Assembly (NCBI GenBank): GCA_036867785.1
Contig: CP145418.1
Coordinates: 186,001 to 250,000, forward strand
Origin: Plasmodiophora brassicae
Lineage: Eukaryota
Length of the DNA: 64,000 nucleotides
Direction: 5' to 3'
The notes under the pieces were generated by a model, which had not been told where the DNA came from, made no database searches, and saw only the letters and a list, made by a program, of their open reading frames with translations. Of the stretch, positions 48,616 through 59,961 are shown piece by piece. The translations under genes and the position numbers were made by a program. The first letter of the stretch is position 1; each line of letters starts with the position of its first letter.

Positions 48616-48816
48616 CTCCACGATTGCCGCGACGACGGGCCCCTTCGGTTTCTCGATGCGCCTCCGCGATCGACAGCAGCTGCGCCCGTGTGCCCTTCAA
48701 CTGTTGGCCTATTGGACAATCAGGAGAATGAAGGCCAGATGCTCTGTGGCAGATGACGCAGGACGCTGGCATCGCAGAAGCGGAAATGGCAGACCTGGAA
48801 ATGCCGCACGGACTCC

Positions 48817-49454
48817 TATAGATCTGTTATATAACGCTTGGCGGGGGGGTGGGCGTTATATAACGTTATGTAACGTTATATAACGGTTATATAACGGTTA
48901 TATAACGCCCTTTTTGGAGACGCTTGGAGACCGCCCCGGACAGCCCGGACTGCGCGGAGAGGCCGTGGAAATCCGGCGGACTCGCATTGACATCTCGAAG
49001 CAGACTTGAAGACGCGAATATTGAACGCCAGACTGCAGTGTGTTTCAATTCGTCCCAACTCAAGCGAAAGGTCCCGGACGCACGCCCGATAGACGGACTC
49101 CTCAAGCACCTCATCAGTTTCCACTCCTGACAGAATCTCTGTGGGATCTGCTGCCGGTGGATGCGAAGATGACGACGTGATTGATCCTGTCGACGACTTC
49201 GAATTTGTAGATGCCTGTGATCGCGAGGTCGACCGCGTAGTGAATCCAAACGAAATTGACGACCACGTGACCTACAGCGACTCTGATACCGAGGAAGTGG
49301 TCGTAGAATCAGGATGGGTGTGAAACATGACCGGTACACTGTTATTCGTTATAAATGGAATATAACGCGTTATATAACGCCTCTGTGACATAACGTTATA
49401 TAACGCGTTATATAACGCCCGTTATATAACGCCAAAATAACTAACAGATCTATA
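48817..49454 (+). mobile_element. Non-autonomous hAT derivative (638 bp)
   Basis: 13-bp TIR TATAGATCTGTTA/TAACAGATCTATA; 8-bp TSD CGGACTCC (48809-48816, 49455-49462); internal ERPWKSGGLALTSRSRLEDANIE resembles the hAT dimerization domain. Confidence 0.88.
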
Positions 49455-49639
49455 CGGACTCCAGACGGTGTTGAGTAGGTAGGTCCCCGCGGCCTGCGGG
49501 CTGCGAGGCGGTGTTCGAGAAATGAGCCAGGGTGCCCCGTCGGAGTGCGTTGCACGTCCCGGATTCCGTACGGCTGAGTGATCAGTCGACCGCGTAGGTA
49601 GTCTGGGGTTATGTGCATACTGATTCACCAGAGAATGCT

Positions 49640-51900
49640 GACGGTGACGCTTCTTCTTTGAGCACAGGCGTGAATACGAGCGTCGTCGAGCAGCGGGCCG
49701 ATCTCCAGCAGGACATCATCGCCGGGAATCGTTTTCGTGGGATTCTTCATCAAACCCAGAGCGAACGGCGCTGCCCTCCCCAACATTGCTAAAAGGCGAT
49801 TGAAGTGCAGTGCAGAGGCTGGATGCTTTCGAGCTGAATTTGATGTACTACTACGAGGTACCCGTGTTCGACGCAGTCGAGGAATGTGTCAAGCGCTTTC
49901 GTTGCATCTGGGCAGTTATGGTATGCAGTTATGCTATGCTGTCAGTGTCTATCATTTTACGCTCTGCGACTGCCCATACTAACCCGCCTCCATCAGGCAA
50001 TGGATTACATCGAGCCCTGTACATGAGCTGTCCAGGCCAGAACGGCAAGCAATGCGGCATCACAGGTCGTTTGGCAAATCGGCCCTTTCAAGTTCCATGG
50101 GGCATTTATGTTCACGTCTTCGGATGTCCAACGACATGTCAGTTTGCCGCCGTTGTTTAGTATCGGTTGACTACTGACGATCTGTGCAAACTGATATAGT
50201 TAAGGCAATGCGTCGAGGTACGACGTCTTCACACTTTCCGGAAAACAGTTTGAAGACATGCTAGAGCACCTCGACGCATTGCCTTCCGACAAGAGGTTAG
50301 GGCGGCGTGCGCTCGCTCGTTCAGCTCCATGATGATGTGCGCCTCAAAGGTGACGAAGAGATTCGACGTAGCATGACATCGGGAAACGCTGAAGATCGTG
50401 GTGGATTCCGTCACCCGGGTTATGACGTCTACCTCGTCGTTCCTCTATGCAATTTCGGACACACGTCGAATTACGTGCATGTCCCATGCACGCCGTCTGC
50501 ATGCGTGCTATTCGCCCGCTGCTTCAAGCGATCGATGTTTACGGCTCGGGTTCGTCATATTACAAACCTGCGGTAAGCAGCCCTGCTCGACTAGCTGGGA
50601 AAACACCATTTGTGAAGACTGAGAAATTGTATTGTCCTGCAGGCGGTCCTGTTCCCATATGGGCTTGGCCAACAACGCTGCCTACGTATTCTGCGAAAGT
50701 GAAGTCTGGTGTCAAATGGTCCTCTCTGGCTTTTGAAGTCGATGTGGCATTGGAGAACCTTACGTGGGTACCGCGAACGGGATCAGTTTCGAGACCAAGG
50801 AATCCCTGCTGACTCTCTCGTTTGGCTAGGCGACATTGTCATTGGGGTCTGGTGGTCTGTTGTTTCGCGGGTGCTCGTTCGAACCCGTCCAGACTCTCCC
50901 ATTGCTTCGTCCTTAATTGCGGCGTCTCGTTTTCTCGATGTGCTGTCATTTATTATGCTCCCTAACGCTCGAATCTACGGTAGAATCTGTCATGCCGTGC
51001 GGGCTAAAGACCATCTCGGTATACGTTTCATAATCGGCTCCACCATCGTTCATATTGACCTAATCGTGTTGTGTTCAGATGCATTCGCTTGTTACGTTGC
51101 CGGAAATAATCAAACGATGGGGACCGCTGACCGGTTTTGTTTGGGTCTGGCCGATGGAACACTGGTTGCCTTTTATGAAACGGTCACCATTTCGTCGTAC
51201 GTACCTACAGCTGATCAATGGAGCTGCATTTCTGCGAGGCGACGTTCACTATTCGCTGAGGAATGACAGCCCATCCCTATTTGGTAATGCCCACTCATCT
51301 GTCGACGATGTTCATCGGTCTGCGCCCTCCGCTGTCGACTGTCGACCTTAACGAGACGATGCAGTGCTGGTTGCATGTTCATCTGTACTCTAGTACATAC
51401 CATACAGGTCCTCTATGCGAAGGCATCGGAGAATCCCAGTGATCTTGATTCGTTCGCTGGTATGTTTTGTCACCTTCAAAACGTGAATCTGTTCTCCGAG
51501 TTGCAGAACTCGTCATTCGGCCCAGTCTGTCTTCCGAAAACTCTTCAAGCCAGTTCTCGTGCTGGTTTCGGTAATGAGTTGGTCTTTGAAATATGGCGTA
51601 CTGCAATTGGTTGGAGTACCGTTTCAGGTAGATGTATGTTTTGGACGTAGGACGCTGACGAGTCGTACAAGATATGCAACCCAAAGTTTGTCGTCGAGTT
51701 CTAAAGGTCTGGCCTCTACATGGGCGACTAAGCAACCTCGACATGCCCCTTCTAAACTGGTCGCGTCGGTTGGCATATGAAGCGGATTCAATATGCCCAC
51801 CTGGGCGGATGGTACAAACGTCATGCGTGCGACAAGCCGTACGATCGAGTTCTTCCCCGATGTTATCCTAGCCGTATGTGCGTTTCTTCTTTTGGATGTT
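49640..51900 (+). pseudogene. Degenerate CACTA/EnSpm (Tnp2/DUF4218-like) transposase
   Basis: GQNGKQCGITG resembles GHNGxxxCxxCxIxG; HSLVTLPEIIKRWGPLTGFVWVWPMEHW resembles HxxxHxxxxIxxxGPLxxxWxxPxER. Boundaries are approximate. Confidence 0.6.
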
Positions 51901-52249
51901 AATTTGCTTGTCGTGATGTAGGAAATGGGTGGTATCCTGGAAGCGCAGATCCGATGTTGCTGGCCCTTCGTGAGGTCGTGCTAAACGACGTCGTTACGAT
52001 TCTAGCATCAGTCATCCACACGAATGCGATCGTGAAGGCGGCAATGGTCTGCATTGAATCGCGAAGCAACAATATGAGTGCTGAACACTGCAATCGCACA
52101 GGTCGATTTGACGATTTACATCTAGATGTGAATCGTCAAACAGCCTATGCAAATTGTTTATACTCTATGAGTGGCAATTCAAATCGTAGCTAGGATCGCC
52201 TTGAACGGAATGGCACTATAGAGTCTTAGTGAACTGCACTAACGAACAA

Positions 52250-52323
52250 GCCTGACTAGCTCAATTGGTTAGAGCGTGGGACTCTTAATCTCAAGGCTCC
52301 GGGTTCGAGCCCCGGGTTGGGCT
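52250..52323 (+). tRNA. tRNA-Lys (anticodon CTT)
   Basis: Cloverleaf GCCTGAC/GTTGGGC, D-arm GCTC/GAGC, anticodon arm TGGGA-CTCTTAA-TCTCA, T-arm CCGGG-TTCGAGC-CCCGG; oligo-T follows. Confidence 0.95.
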
Positions 52324-52974
52324 TCCTTTTTTCTTCCGCGACATCACGGTACCGGGTACCCTATCACGCAGGTCTGGACGACTGATTCACGGGATGAATG
52401 GGCATCTCATGTTGGCTGCAACTAATCACATGATTGCAGGCATTTCACGAGACGTTCTGATATATATCGGCGAGACTGCGCAGCTGTGGGCGCGATGGCC
52501 TGTGCTGTCCCCGCGTCAGACCTTGATGCCATGTAAGACCCGCGGAAAATGCCGATGCAGACTGGGGTGGCAGGACCTGAGAGAAGGTGTGGGCTGCAGA
52601 CGCCGATGGATTGGGACGGAAGGGGGCATGGCTGGAATGAAACGCATCACGATCGACAACCTGCATAATATGCGCCTCCAGCTTGTCACGACGATGATGA
52701 CCAAGGCAAGGACGAGGCCGGAGCTTAAACAATATTGATTCGAGGCATGTCAACCTGGAATTCGACCTGATGGCAACCAGTTGCGGACGTACGTGGTGAC
52801 TCGCCTGAAGCCGCTCATGTGCTAGCTGTCCGAATCGGCGTGTGCACTCCTTAAAAGCATCTCACGTACGATGCAAATCCGAAACATTTTCTGAAGACGT
52901 TCGTATCCTTCCTCTCGGGATATGGATGAATATAATTATCTTAAATGCGGAGAAAAACGTGTTGTTATCAGCGT

Positions 52975-53048
52975 GCCTGACTAGCTCAATTGGTTAGAGC
53001 GTGGGACTCTTAATCTCAAGGCTCCGGGTTCGAGCCCCGGGTTGGGCT
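52975..53048 (+). tRNA. tRNA-Lys (anticodon CTT), identical second copy
   Basis: Same 74 nt as 52250-52323, followed by T-runs. Confidence 0.95.
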
Positions 53049-53717
53049 CTACTTTTGTTACATTCCTTTTTGAAAGTTGACACACTCATTTCAGCCACGT
53101 CTGTACTTACCACTGATACTGGCGTATTTCCCGTTTCGCTCGAGCAATACCGCTACAACGCATGAGTTGCCCTGAGGAATTGTTGTGCGTTCCTCGCCGT
53201 CCTTGGCGCCTGTGGAATCGCCATCAGGCTTCCATATCGATCCTCGCGGGATTATGTCACGCGCTCCCGCCCGTTGCAATAGGAACCAGCGTTAGCGAAT
53301 CGACAAGAACCCCTCACCCTCAGATAGGGAGGCGACTCCACGGTGGCTGGCATTTGCATGTGTTAGATCGTGGTACGTTATCATGAGTTCTTTCGAGTCG
53401 CAACCGTCACATAAGCGTGCACGCTTTATATTGTGAGGGGGGAGCACACGTGTGCTCCCGTAATTTGCGATACGGAAACAAGCGAAAGCACCCTTCAGCG
53501 TCTCATTATAGTGAGAACCTGTTTCCGACGGCAGCCTTACCTGAATTGACCGTCTGGGCTTGTCAGTCTATCACCGTGGGGAACGGTGTCCGGCTGTGGG
53601 AGCGTAGAAGTCGTATGATCAAAGGGTGCCTGCTGGACAACCATATCATCGCCACATGTCAGAAATGTCGTCCACTACCTTTTACTAAGTGCTAATTTTG
53701 TCCGCTTGAGTCGATAT

Positions 53718-53761
53718 CGGCGCCTGCGAGAAAAGCGATAAATTAAACTCAAATAGACTAA
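53718..53761 (+). mobile_element. 44-nt 5'-truncated retroposon tail with 10-bp TSD
   Basis: GAGTCGATAT at 53708-53717 and 53762-53771. The insert matches the tails at 55143 and 59962. Confidence 0.75.
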
Positions 53762-53816
53762 GAGTCGATATGTTAGACTGCCAAGCGTTGTTTATTCGTA
53801 CAAGCGTGAAAGAGCT

Positions 53817-54761
53817 TCAATAACGTGGCCAGTCGTGCCTCGGTACGGCGTTGTCATCACCGAGTGGGTTATCACCATTCCAGACCCGGTTGAACATTCT
53901 GGCAGCATTGAACATTCCGTAGACGGTGCCGGCGAGCGCAAATACGCTACCAGCTGGAGATCCGGAGCTGAGTATTGACAGTACCAGAAAGAGGCCGCGA
54001 ACCGGCACGGATTGCCATTTGCCCATAACCCAAAGCGTCACGAGGGCCAGGTTGACGATCATCATTATTTCCGAAAATGACGACCTGATCATGGCAACGC
54101 CTACTGGTTGAGCCAACGCCAGCAGGGCGACCACAAGAATGATCATGGCAACGACTACGGTCGACGAATCCCATTCGTTCTGTCCGGCAAGCGGCGGTGT
54201 AGTCCCTTGACGGAACTGCTGTTGCGGTGCATGATGGTAGTTGCCGGCCGGTTGCCGATAGAGCGCTGGTTGGTACTGATCATGAGGCTGAGGATGGCGA
54301 CGTTCGTTATCGCCTGCGTATGCCCATTGCATGAACCCGTGGAATAGCCCCCATAGCACCACATATGTCGCGAACTCGCCGACTCTGCCATCCAATGAGA
54401 ACGCGGTCGGTATGACCGATAACATACTGGACAGTGACGACAGTCCTCGGAAAAGCGTCCGGAGTGGTGCAAGCAGAATTGAGAAATCGACACGTTCCGT
54501 GCTCGACATTACGCCGATTAAGATCCCGCACATCAGATAAAATCCAAATAGTAGAGGCATCGGCGGGCCGGCAGGCGGATCGTTCTGGGCCTGCACGGGA
54601 TTATGGTACTGGTACGGCCGATGCTGGTGATGGTAGTCGTTGTGGCGATTAGGGACCCCGACGTGGTATTCTTCGCTATCATCTGCGTCTGGTAAGGATG
54701 TCGCATCCCAAAAGACGGCATAGATGAGGCAACCGACGAAGAAGTGCTGAGCGCGTCTCAT
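53817..54761 (-). CDS. Signal-peptide, His/Gln-rich, multipass TM protein, family copy 1
   Basis: 314-aa intronless ORF, paralogous to 55615-56166 and 58930-59640. Confidence 0.8.
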   Translation of the reverse strand: MRRAQHFFVGCLIYAVFWDATSLPDADDSEEYHVGVPNRHNDYHHQHRPYQYHNPVQAQNDPPAGPPMPLLFGFYLMCGILIGVMSSTERVDFSILLAPLRTLFRGLSSLSSMLSVIPTAFSLDGRVGEFATYVVLWGLFHGFMQWAYAGDNERRHPQPHDQYQPALYRQPAGNYHHAPQQQFRQGTTPPLAGQNEWDSSTVVVAMIILVVALLALAQPVGVAMIRSSFSEIMMIVNLALVTLWVMGKWQSVPVRGLFLVLSILSSGSPAGSVFALAGTVYGMFNAARMFNRVWNGDNPLGDDNAVPRHDWPRY

Positions 54762-55142
54762 GAGAACAACTGTTGAACACCAACTGAAGGGCTAGAACGT
54801 GTTGCGGGCACGGCTTGTTTGACGGACTGCGAGCGCAGTGGCGCACCTCAGATTGGTTTCCCGGTGTGATATCTGCAGGGTGTTGCGCAGTTTTGCCAGT
54901 CCAATCCATCCACCGCTGTCAATTGCGCAGGTGATTTGCGACTCTGACGGGCGTTGCTATTTTCGGACGTTCACCCGTTGCCTCCGTGCCAGACCAGTGG
55001 ACCAGCAGACAGCAACAACACTCAATCGCCGATCCCCGATTGGTGCTGAAAACTCCATGTTGAAAACAAACGCGCCAGGCTGTTGTCCGACATTGAGCAT
55101 ACTGCTAGGAAGTCCCAAGGACAATAACGCCTCCAAATATTG

Positions 55143-55204
55143 AGTTGAGTTTATTTGTCTTTTTCGCGCTTTTCTCGCAGGAGCCTCGGTTTCGGGTCCG
55201 AGGA
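55143..55204 (-). mobile_element. Retroposon (LINE-type) 3' tail with stem-loop and (AACTC)-like terminal repeats
   Basis: CCTCGG-ACCCGAAA-CCGAGG hairpin followed by GAAAAGCGCGAAA...AAATAAACTCAACT; homologous to 59962-60033. Confidence 0.65.
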
Positions 55205-55614
55205 CTGAAGGGTTCCTGAACGCTATCAGAACTGGACGAGCCTGGCTTGTAGCCGGCAGTACTTTTGCCATACCGTATATGCCGTGATCCCGACATACAT
55301 GTGTTACGAGCCGTTCGTTTACCTCATCAGACGCTCAAGCGAGGCCCCTATAAGTGTTTGGTCTGGCACTTTGGGCTGCCTGATCAGTTTCCACACTTTT
55401 GGTTACCGGGTTTTTTGGGGAGCGGGCGGTCCCACGGTTGCCTTTTGACCAACTACATAGGTTACGGGGCAACCCCCGCTCTGGTCGGTGTTGGTATAAT
55501 CACGTCAGGGTGACAGTATTGCTGACCGGTTTAGCAATATTGTAACCACGGGACCGCTAGTTCCCGCATGATACTTCGGCTTGATCTTCAGGTTCGCCAG
55601 CGCAGTACCTGGTC

Positions 55615-56166
55615 TTATTCGTTCTGGGCGTCATGAGGCGTCGTTGCTGGACCATGGTTTTGCGCCTGCGATGATGGAAAAGACGGTCTGTGATACGGTT
55701 CCTGATGCTGAGGAGGACGCGGACGATTGCGCTCATCTTCATTGCGGTATAGCAAAAGAAACCCCAGGTTGAAGATTCCCCATATGAACACATATGACAC
55801 GAACTCTCCGATCTTGCCGTGGGATGAGCTCCAAGCCAAAACGGCTGAGAAAGTACCCGTCAGCCCTTGAAACAGAGTTCGAAGCGCAGCGAGCGGCAGC
55901 GAAAAATCAGGCCATCGGTTCGGGTCGATCAACGTGCCAATATACATCCCAAACATCATTGTACCCAAAAGTTCAGCCATCCCCATGGCCCGCCGCGGTC
56001 GGGCGTCGCGTGGAGCCTGAACGGGATGATGATGATGATGCTCGCAACGTCGAGGGATTCTGTTCGAGTGTTCGTCGTCCAATGGTCCTCCGTCGGGTAG
56101 CGATAACGCATGAAGAACAATGGCGTAGATCAGGACCAAGACGACGAGATGCCTCGCCGACCGCAT
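55615..56166 (-). pseudogene. Family copy 2, C-terminally truncated
   Basis: Aligns with copy 1 up to QNE, then has TAA where copy 1 has TGG, and the homology ends. Confidence 0.65.
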
Positions 56167-58929
56167 GATCACCTGCAGTTGCTGTGTAACAATACCAATC
56201 CGGGATTGACTGCCTACGTACAGGCCCAGGACGGGGTTTGGACTTGCTTTGCGGACTTCGGACGTGACTCTGTGCGACTGCACAAGCCCGGGCGTGCGCC
56301 GCGCAGCCGCGGACTGTCCGGACGCCGGTCCTGGCGCCACTGGTGTCGCATGTCTATTTTTACGGAGTGGCGACTGCCACGGGGATCCACGTGCCAGCAA
56401 GAGAATGCATGGCAGGGACTCTGCTGCCACTTGAGCACACTTCCTGCCATGAAACCCTTATGACAGTAAGGAAACCGCGTGGCAGCAGGAGGATCTGGTG
56501 GATCTGGTGCGGGACGGACAGTCCGGGTTGGAAGGAGGCCGCATTCACTACTTGCTCTGTTTGCTGACGTCGTCGCCGTAGGGGGGTGCCGTCGAGATCG
56601 TCGTCGTTGCCTAGGTCCACACCCACTGGCTCGTCGTTGTCGTGCCCCTCCGTGTATGCTGCCCCTTGTCAACTTGATCATTGGCCCTCAGGACTGTTCC
56701 AGTTTGGGAGGCAACATCATGGTTGGTAGGGTGATTTCCAAGCAGGAATCGTGACGTTTTCCGATACGACATAACCAGCCATTTCGCAGGCGAGGCAGAA
56801 CCCCGGTCAGTTTTCGATGTACCAATCTGAGATACCAGATGGTACTGCTCACATGTACGCATGGCAATGTGTCGGCGGGCGACTGGCAACGGTACTCGTC
56901 CAAATCAAAATACCGGTAATTCTGCATCACCCAACTGCCCCTCAACGTTCCTGACGGGTCGTGCTGTATTATAGGAATTACGTCCATGCCGGACAGGGCT
57001 GTGGCCAGGACGTCCTCGGGTGTGTCGAGCAAGGGCAGGCTTCCATCTAAATCACTGCCCGTTTGTTGACGAATTTCCGGTACATCGTCCACGCCCACCA
57101 CTATTGCGGTAAGGACCCATATGAGATGCTGCCTCAAAACCGAAAGGTCGGGGTTCCAGAAGCATTAAGGATACCGCGATCATGCGACTGATCCTTGACG
57201 AGCTGGCGTCCGCCCGCACAGGCAACCGGGTGGTGTTGTCGAATGGTTCCGTACGTTTATTGTGCACTACTTAGGCAAACGCGTTGTTATGGAAGACATT
57301 CACAATCTGAAGGCCCGACTGGGCCTGGACACTCTGGGCTACGACGACGACATTTTGAATTTGTTGGAGCAGTTCACATCGTAATCAGGGGCGCCGCAGA
57401 TCTCATCACTGACGAGAACAACGAAGCCGTTTCTATTTGAGTTCAGACTTCGTTCCAGCGGAAAATGATGCAAACGTATCCTGAGCTCCTCGATCGTCGG
57501 TGATGTTATCTGCGACGTTCCCTGCAACTCGTTGGTGTCGCGCATAAGACATTCCCTCCTTTCTGTCGAAGTGACTCATTTACAATTGTTTAGCGCCTTC
57601 AACAGCACATACATCCATCATGAACGAACTCAAGTGTTCGGTGTCATTGGTAACGATTTTGTAGTAGCCGTTGCTGTGATAACGACACTGCTACATGTAT
57701 AGTTCCATGCGAAGAAATGCGTTGCGACCCCAAGTTACGAAGGAGGAATTTGACCTAAGCCAAACGACCCTATCATCAAACAAGAGCGTCTTTGGTCTTC
57801 TTGAGAACACTCAAGATGTGAAGCAGACCATTCCGGTTGCGATCGTCGGAATCTGACGAGTATGGTCGCAACCAGAATGATCTGCTTCATAGCTTGGACG
57901 ACGACGAAGACCATCCGCTCTAAAGGAACTTCCTGGACAACAGGACACGGCCTGCCGAGAAAGGTGGTACACTGCTTTTCGGGACTTGGGACTCAACCTC
58001 GGAAACATGACCACAACCGCCTGGAATCGGCCTAGGGAGTCATGATAAAGACTTTCCTTGAGTCATGTTGCAGCGGGCTTGGTCCCTTCAAAGCTGCTAA
58101 TATATGGTGAACAATGGATCCGATCAGTCATAATAATCAAGCGTCTCATGCGTGCATACGTATCTAGGATCTGTTCAGCCTCCGCAACGATGTCCATGCT
58201 TCCGTTACGGTTGGTTTCCGAGCCCGCCGACGACAATGCATGTCGTTCGGTACAAGGTCCTGGTCACCTACTGTATGGCCCCGCAGATGCATACTGAAGT
58301 TAAAGCTGAACACATCGGACAATTATTATGGGTCGAGGAAACCCCCGCCGTTTCCAGAGTATATCTGACTTGGAAGGGCGTATTCCGGTGGGTCATTTGG
58401 GGAACTGCGGTGATATGTGATGATCTTTGATAATGAACACGTCACCTGTCCTAGTGGCAGTGGCTCCCGCGTTCATTCGTTTGGGGATTCCGTCCTGACC
58501 AGCTGGACGGGCTGCCAGCATACTCGTGGCACCAACGCAGTTGCACCGAACAACATTCATACGAGTTCGATTCTCCCTGCCGAACGTGGTCAGCGATATT
58601 GGTTAATCGTGGCCCCACTAGTAGTCCCTCGCCACGGTAATTCATCTGAAGCACCTAGTCGTGAACGCCAAACAGAACGTAACCGGTACCTATTTTGACT
58701 CGATGGCCCTTAATGTAGGCTTTTCCAATTAATAGTTATCGGTCGTATTCCTGCCTCCTACGATATGCTTGTCTTCTTTCCCCGCTCTACTGGCCATGGA
58801 TAAAGTCTTGATCTGGCTGTTTTGCTAGCGCTGCTGCCGTCGTCACAACTGTGAAATCGAACATGCGGTTTGGTACGACATGTTGCTCTTGTATCAGGCA
58901 TGTTGTGTATTCGATTCAATGCACCCGTA

Positions 58930-59640
58930 TCAGAAACGGCGTCCATTGTGCTCGCGAATAGGCACAGGATCGTCGTCACCCCCATCCCAGATCCGATGGA
59001 ATATCCGCACAGCGTTGAAGAACCCATAGAGCGTGCCAGCGACCGCCAGTAGAGCCCCAAGTTCAGTTCCGCAATAGACCAGACTCAAAACAAGGAGAAT
59101 GCCACGCACCGGCACGGCCTGTCGTTTTCCCATAATCCAGAGCACCACTAAGACCAGATTGACAACAGCGAGAATTTCTGACACGAAATTCCTGATCATG
59201 GGTGCCGCCCAGTTTTGCGCAGATGATAGCAATCCGATTAAGAGCACGAGGAAGCATATTCCCCCGATCACAGTCGCTGTGCCGACCGATTCGTTTTGTT
59301 GGGCAGGCTGTGGCGCTAGCTGGTGACCGTATTGCGGCTGCTGTGCCTGATGGTAATTCGGCTGCTGTACCTGATGGTAGTACGGCTGCTGTGCCTGATG
59401 GTAGTACGGCTGCTGTGCCTGATGGTAGTACGGCTGCTGCGCCTGATAGTAGTACGGTTCTTGATTCAGGTCTGGCTGTGGCAGAGGATGATCGTAACCA
59501 TTGTAATGGTAACCATGGTGGTAATGGTTATGGCGGTGGGGCGGGTACCTGTCATCGTCACCTGGAGTTTGTAACGACAACGCATGGTGGACAGAGGCGT
59601 AGGCCAGGACTAGGGCGCAGGCGTGCTTGACGAATCGCAT
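58930..59640 (-). CDS. Family copy 3 with (QQPYYHQA)n repeat
   Basis: Signal peptide MRFVKHACALVLAYASVHHALS, 24-nt tandem repeats, and C-terminal TM block (VNLVLVVLWIMGKRQAVPVRG) shared with copy 1. Confidence 0.8.
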   Translation of the reverse strand: MRFVKHACALVLAYASVHHALSLQTPGDDDRYPPHRHNHYHHGYHYNGYDHPLPQPDLNQEPYYYQAQQPYYHQAQQPYYHQAQQPYYHQVQQPNYHQAQQPQYGHQLAPQPAQQNESVGTATVIGGICFLVLLIGLLSSAQNWAAPMIRNFVSEILAVVNLVLVVLWIMGKRQAVPVRGILLVLSLVYCGTELGALLAVAGTLYGFFNAVRIFHRIWDGGDDDPVPIREHNGRRF

Positions 59641-59961
59641 GAGGATTGACGGCAACGGCTGTGACAAACCGCTCAGGGCAAGAACGGAGTATGGCAATCT
59701 GGCCGACTCCGGACTTTCCAGCGGCTTGCCTCTTCAGTGCGCGGCGGACTGGCAGACTGACTGCGTCAGTTCAGTTCCCGCAGCATCTATTTTTCTCCTA
59801 CTGTAGGTAGGTTTCGCGCAGTCCGCCTATGGTACGCCTGGATTTGCAGCGCCAGGTTAGCCTCTCCTGTGCGTTGGCCCATGTCAGCTGTCTCCGCGCG
59901 TTAGCAGCAGCTGCAGGCGCGGGACGGGTCGGCCCGCTCGGGGCCGGCATCCCACAGCTGA

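Noticed and set aside
55300-55335. Minus-strand CTGATGAG as a hammerhead core
   Set aside because: It is followed by GAAC rather than GAAA, and no stem I partner is present.
55438-55450. TGCCTTTTGAC as U5 snRNA loop 1
   Set aside because: It does not match the invariant GCCUUUUAC and is not in a terminal loop.
55445-55500. TTGACC...TATAAT as a bacterial sigma70 promoter
   Set aside because: The spacing is about 44 nt rather than ~17, and the context is eukaryotic.
55136-55542. AATATTG direct repeat as the TSD of a 393-nt SINE
   Set aside because: The right copy lies inside the paired structure, which extends to 55565, so it is unlikely to be an element boundary.
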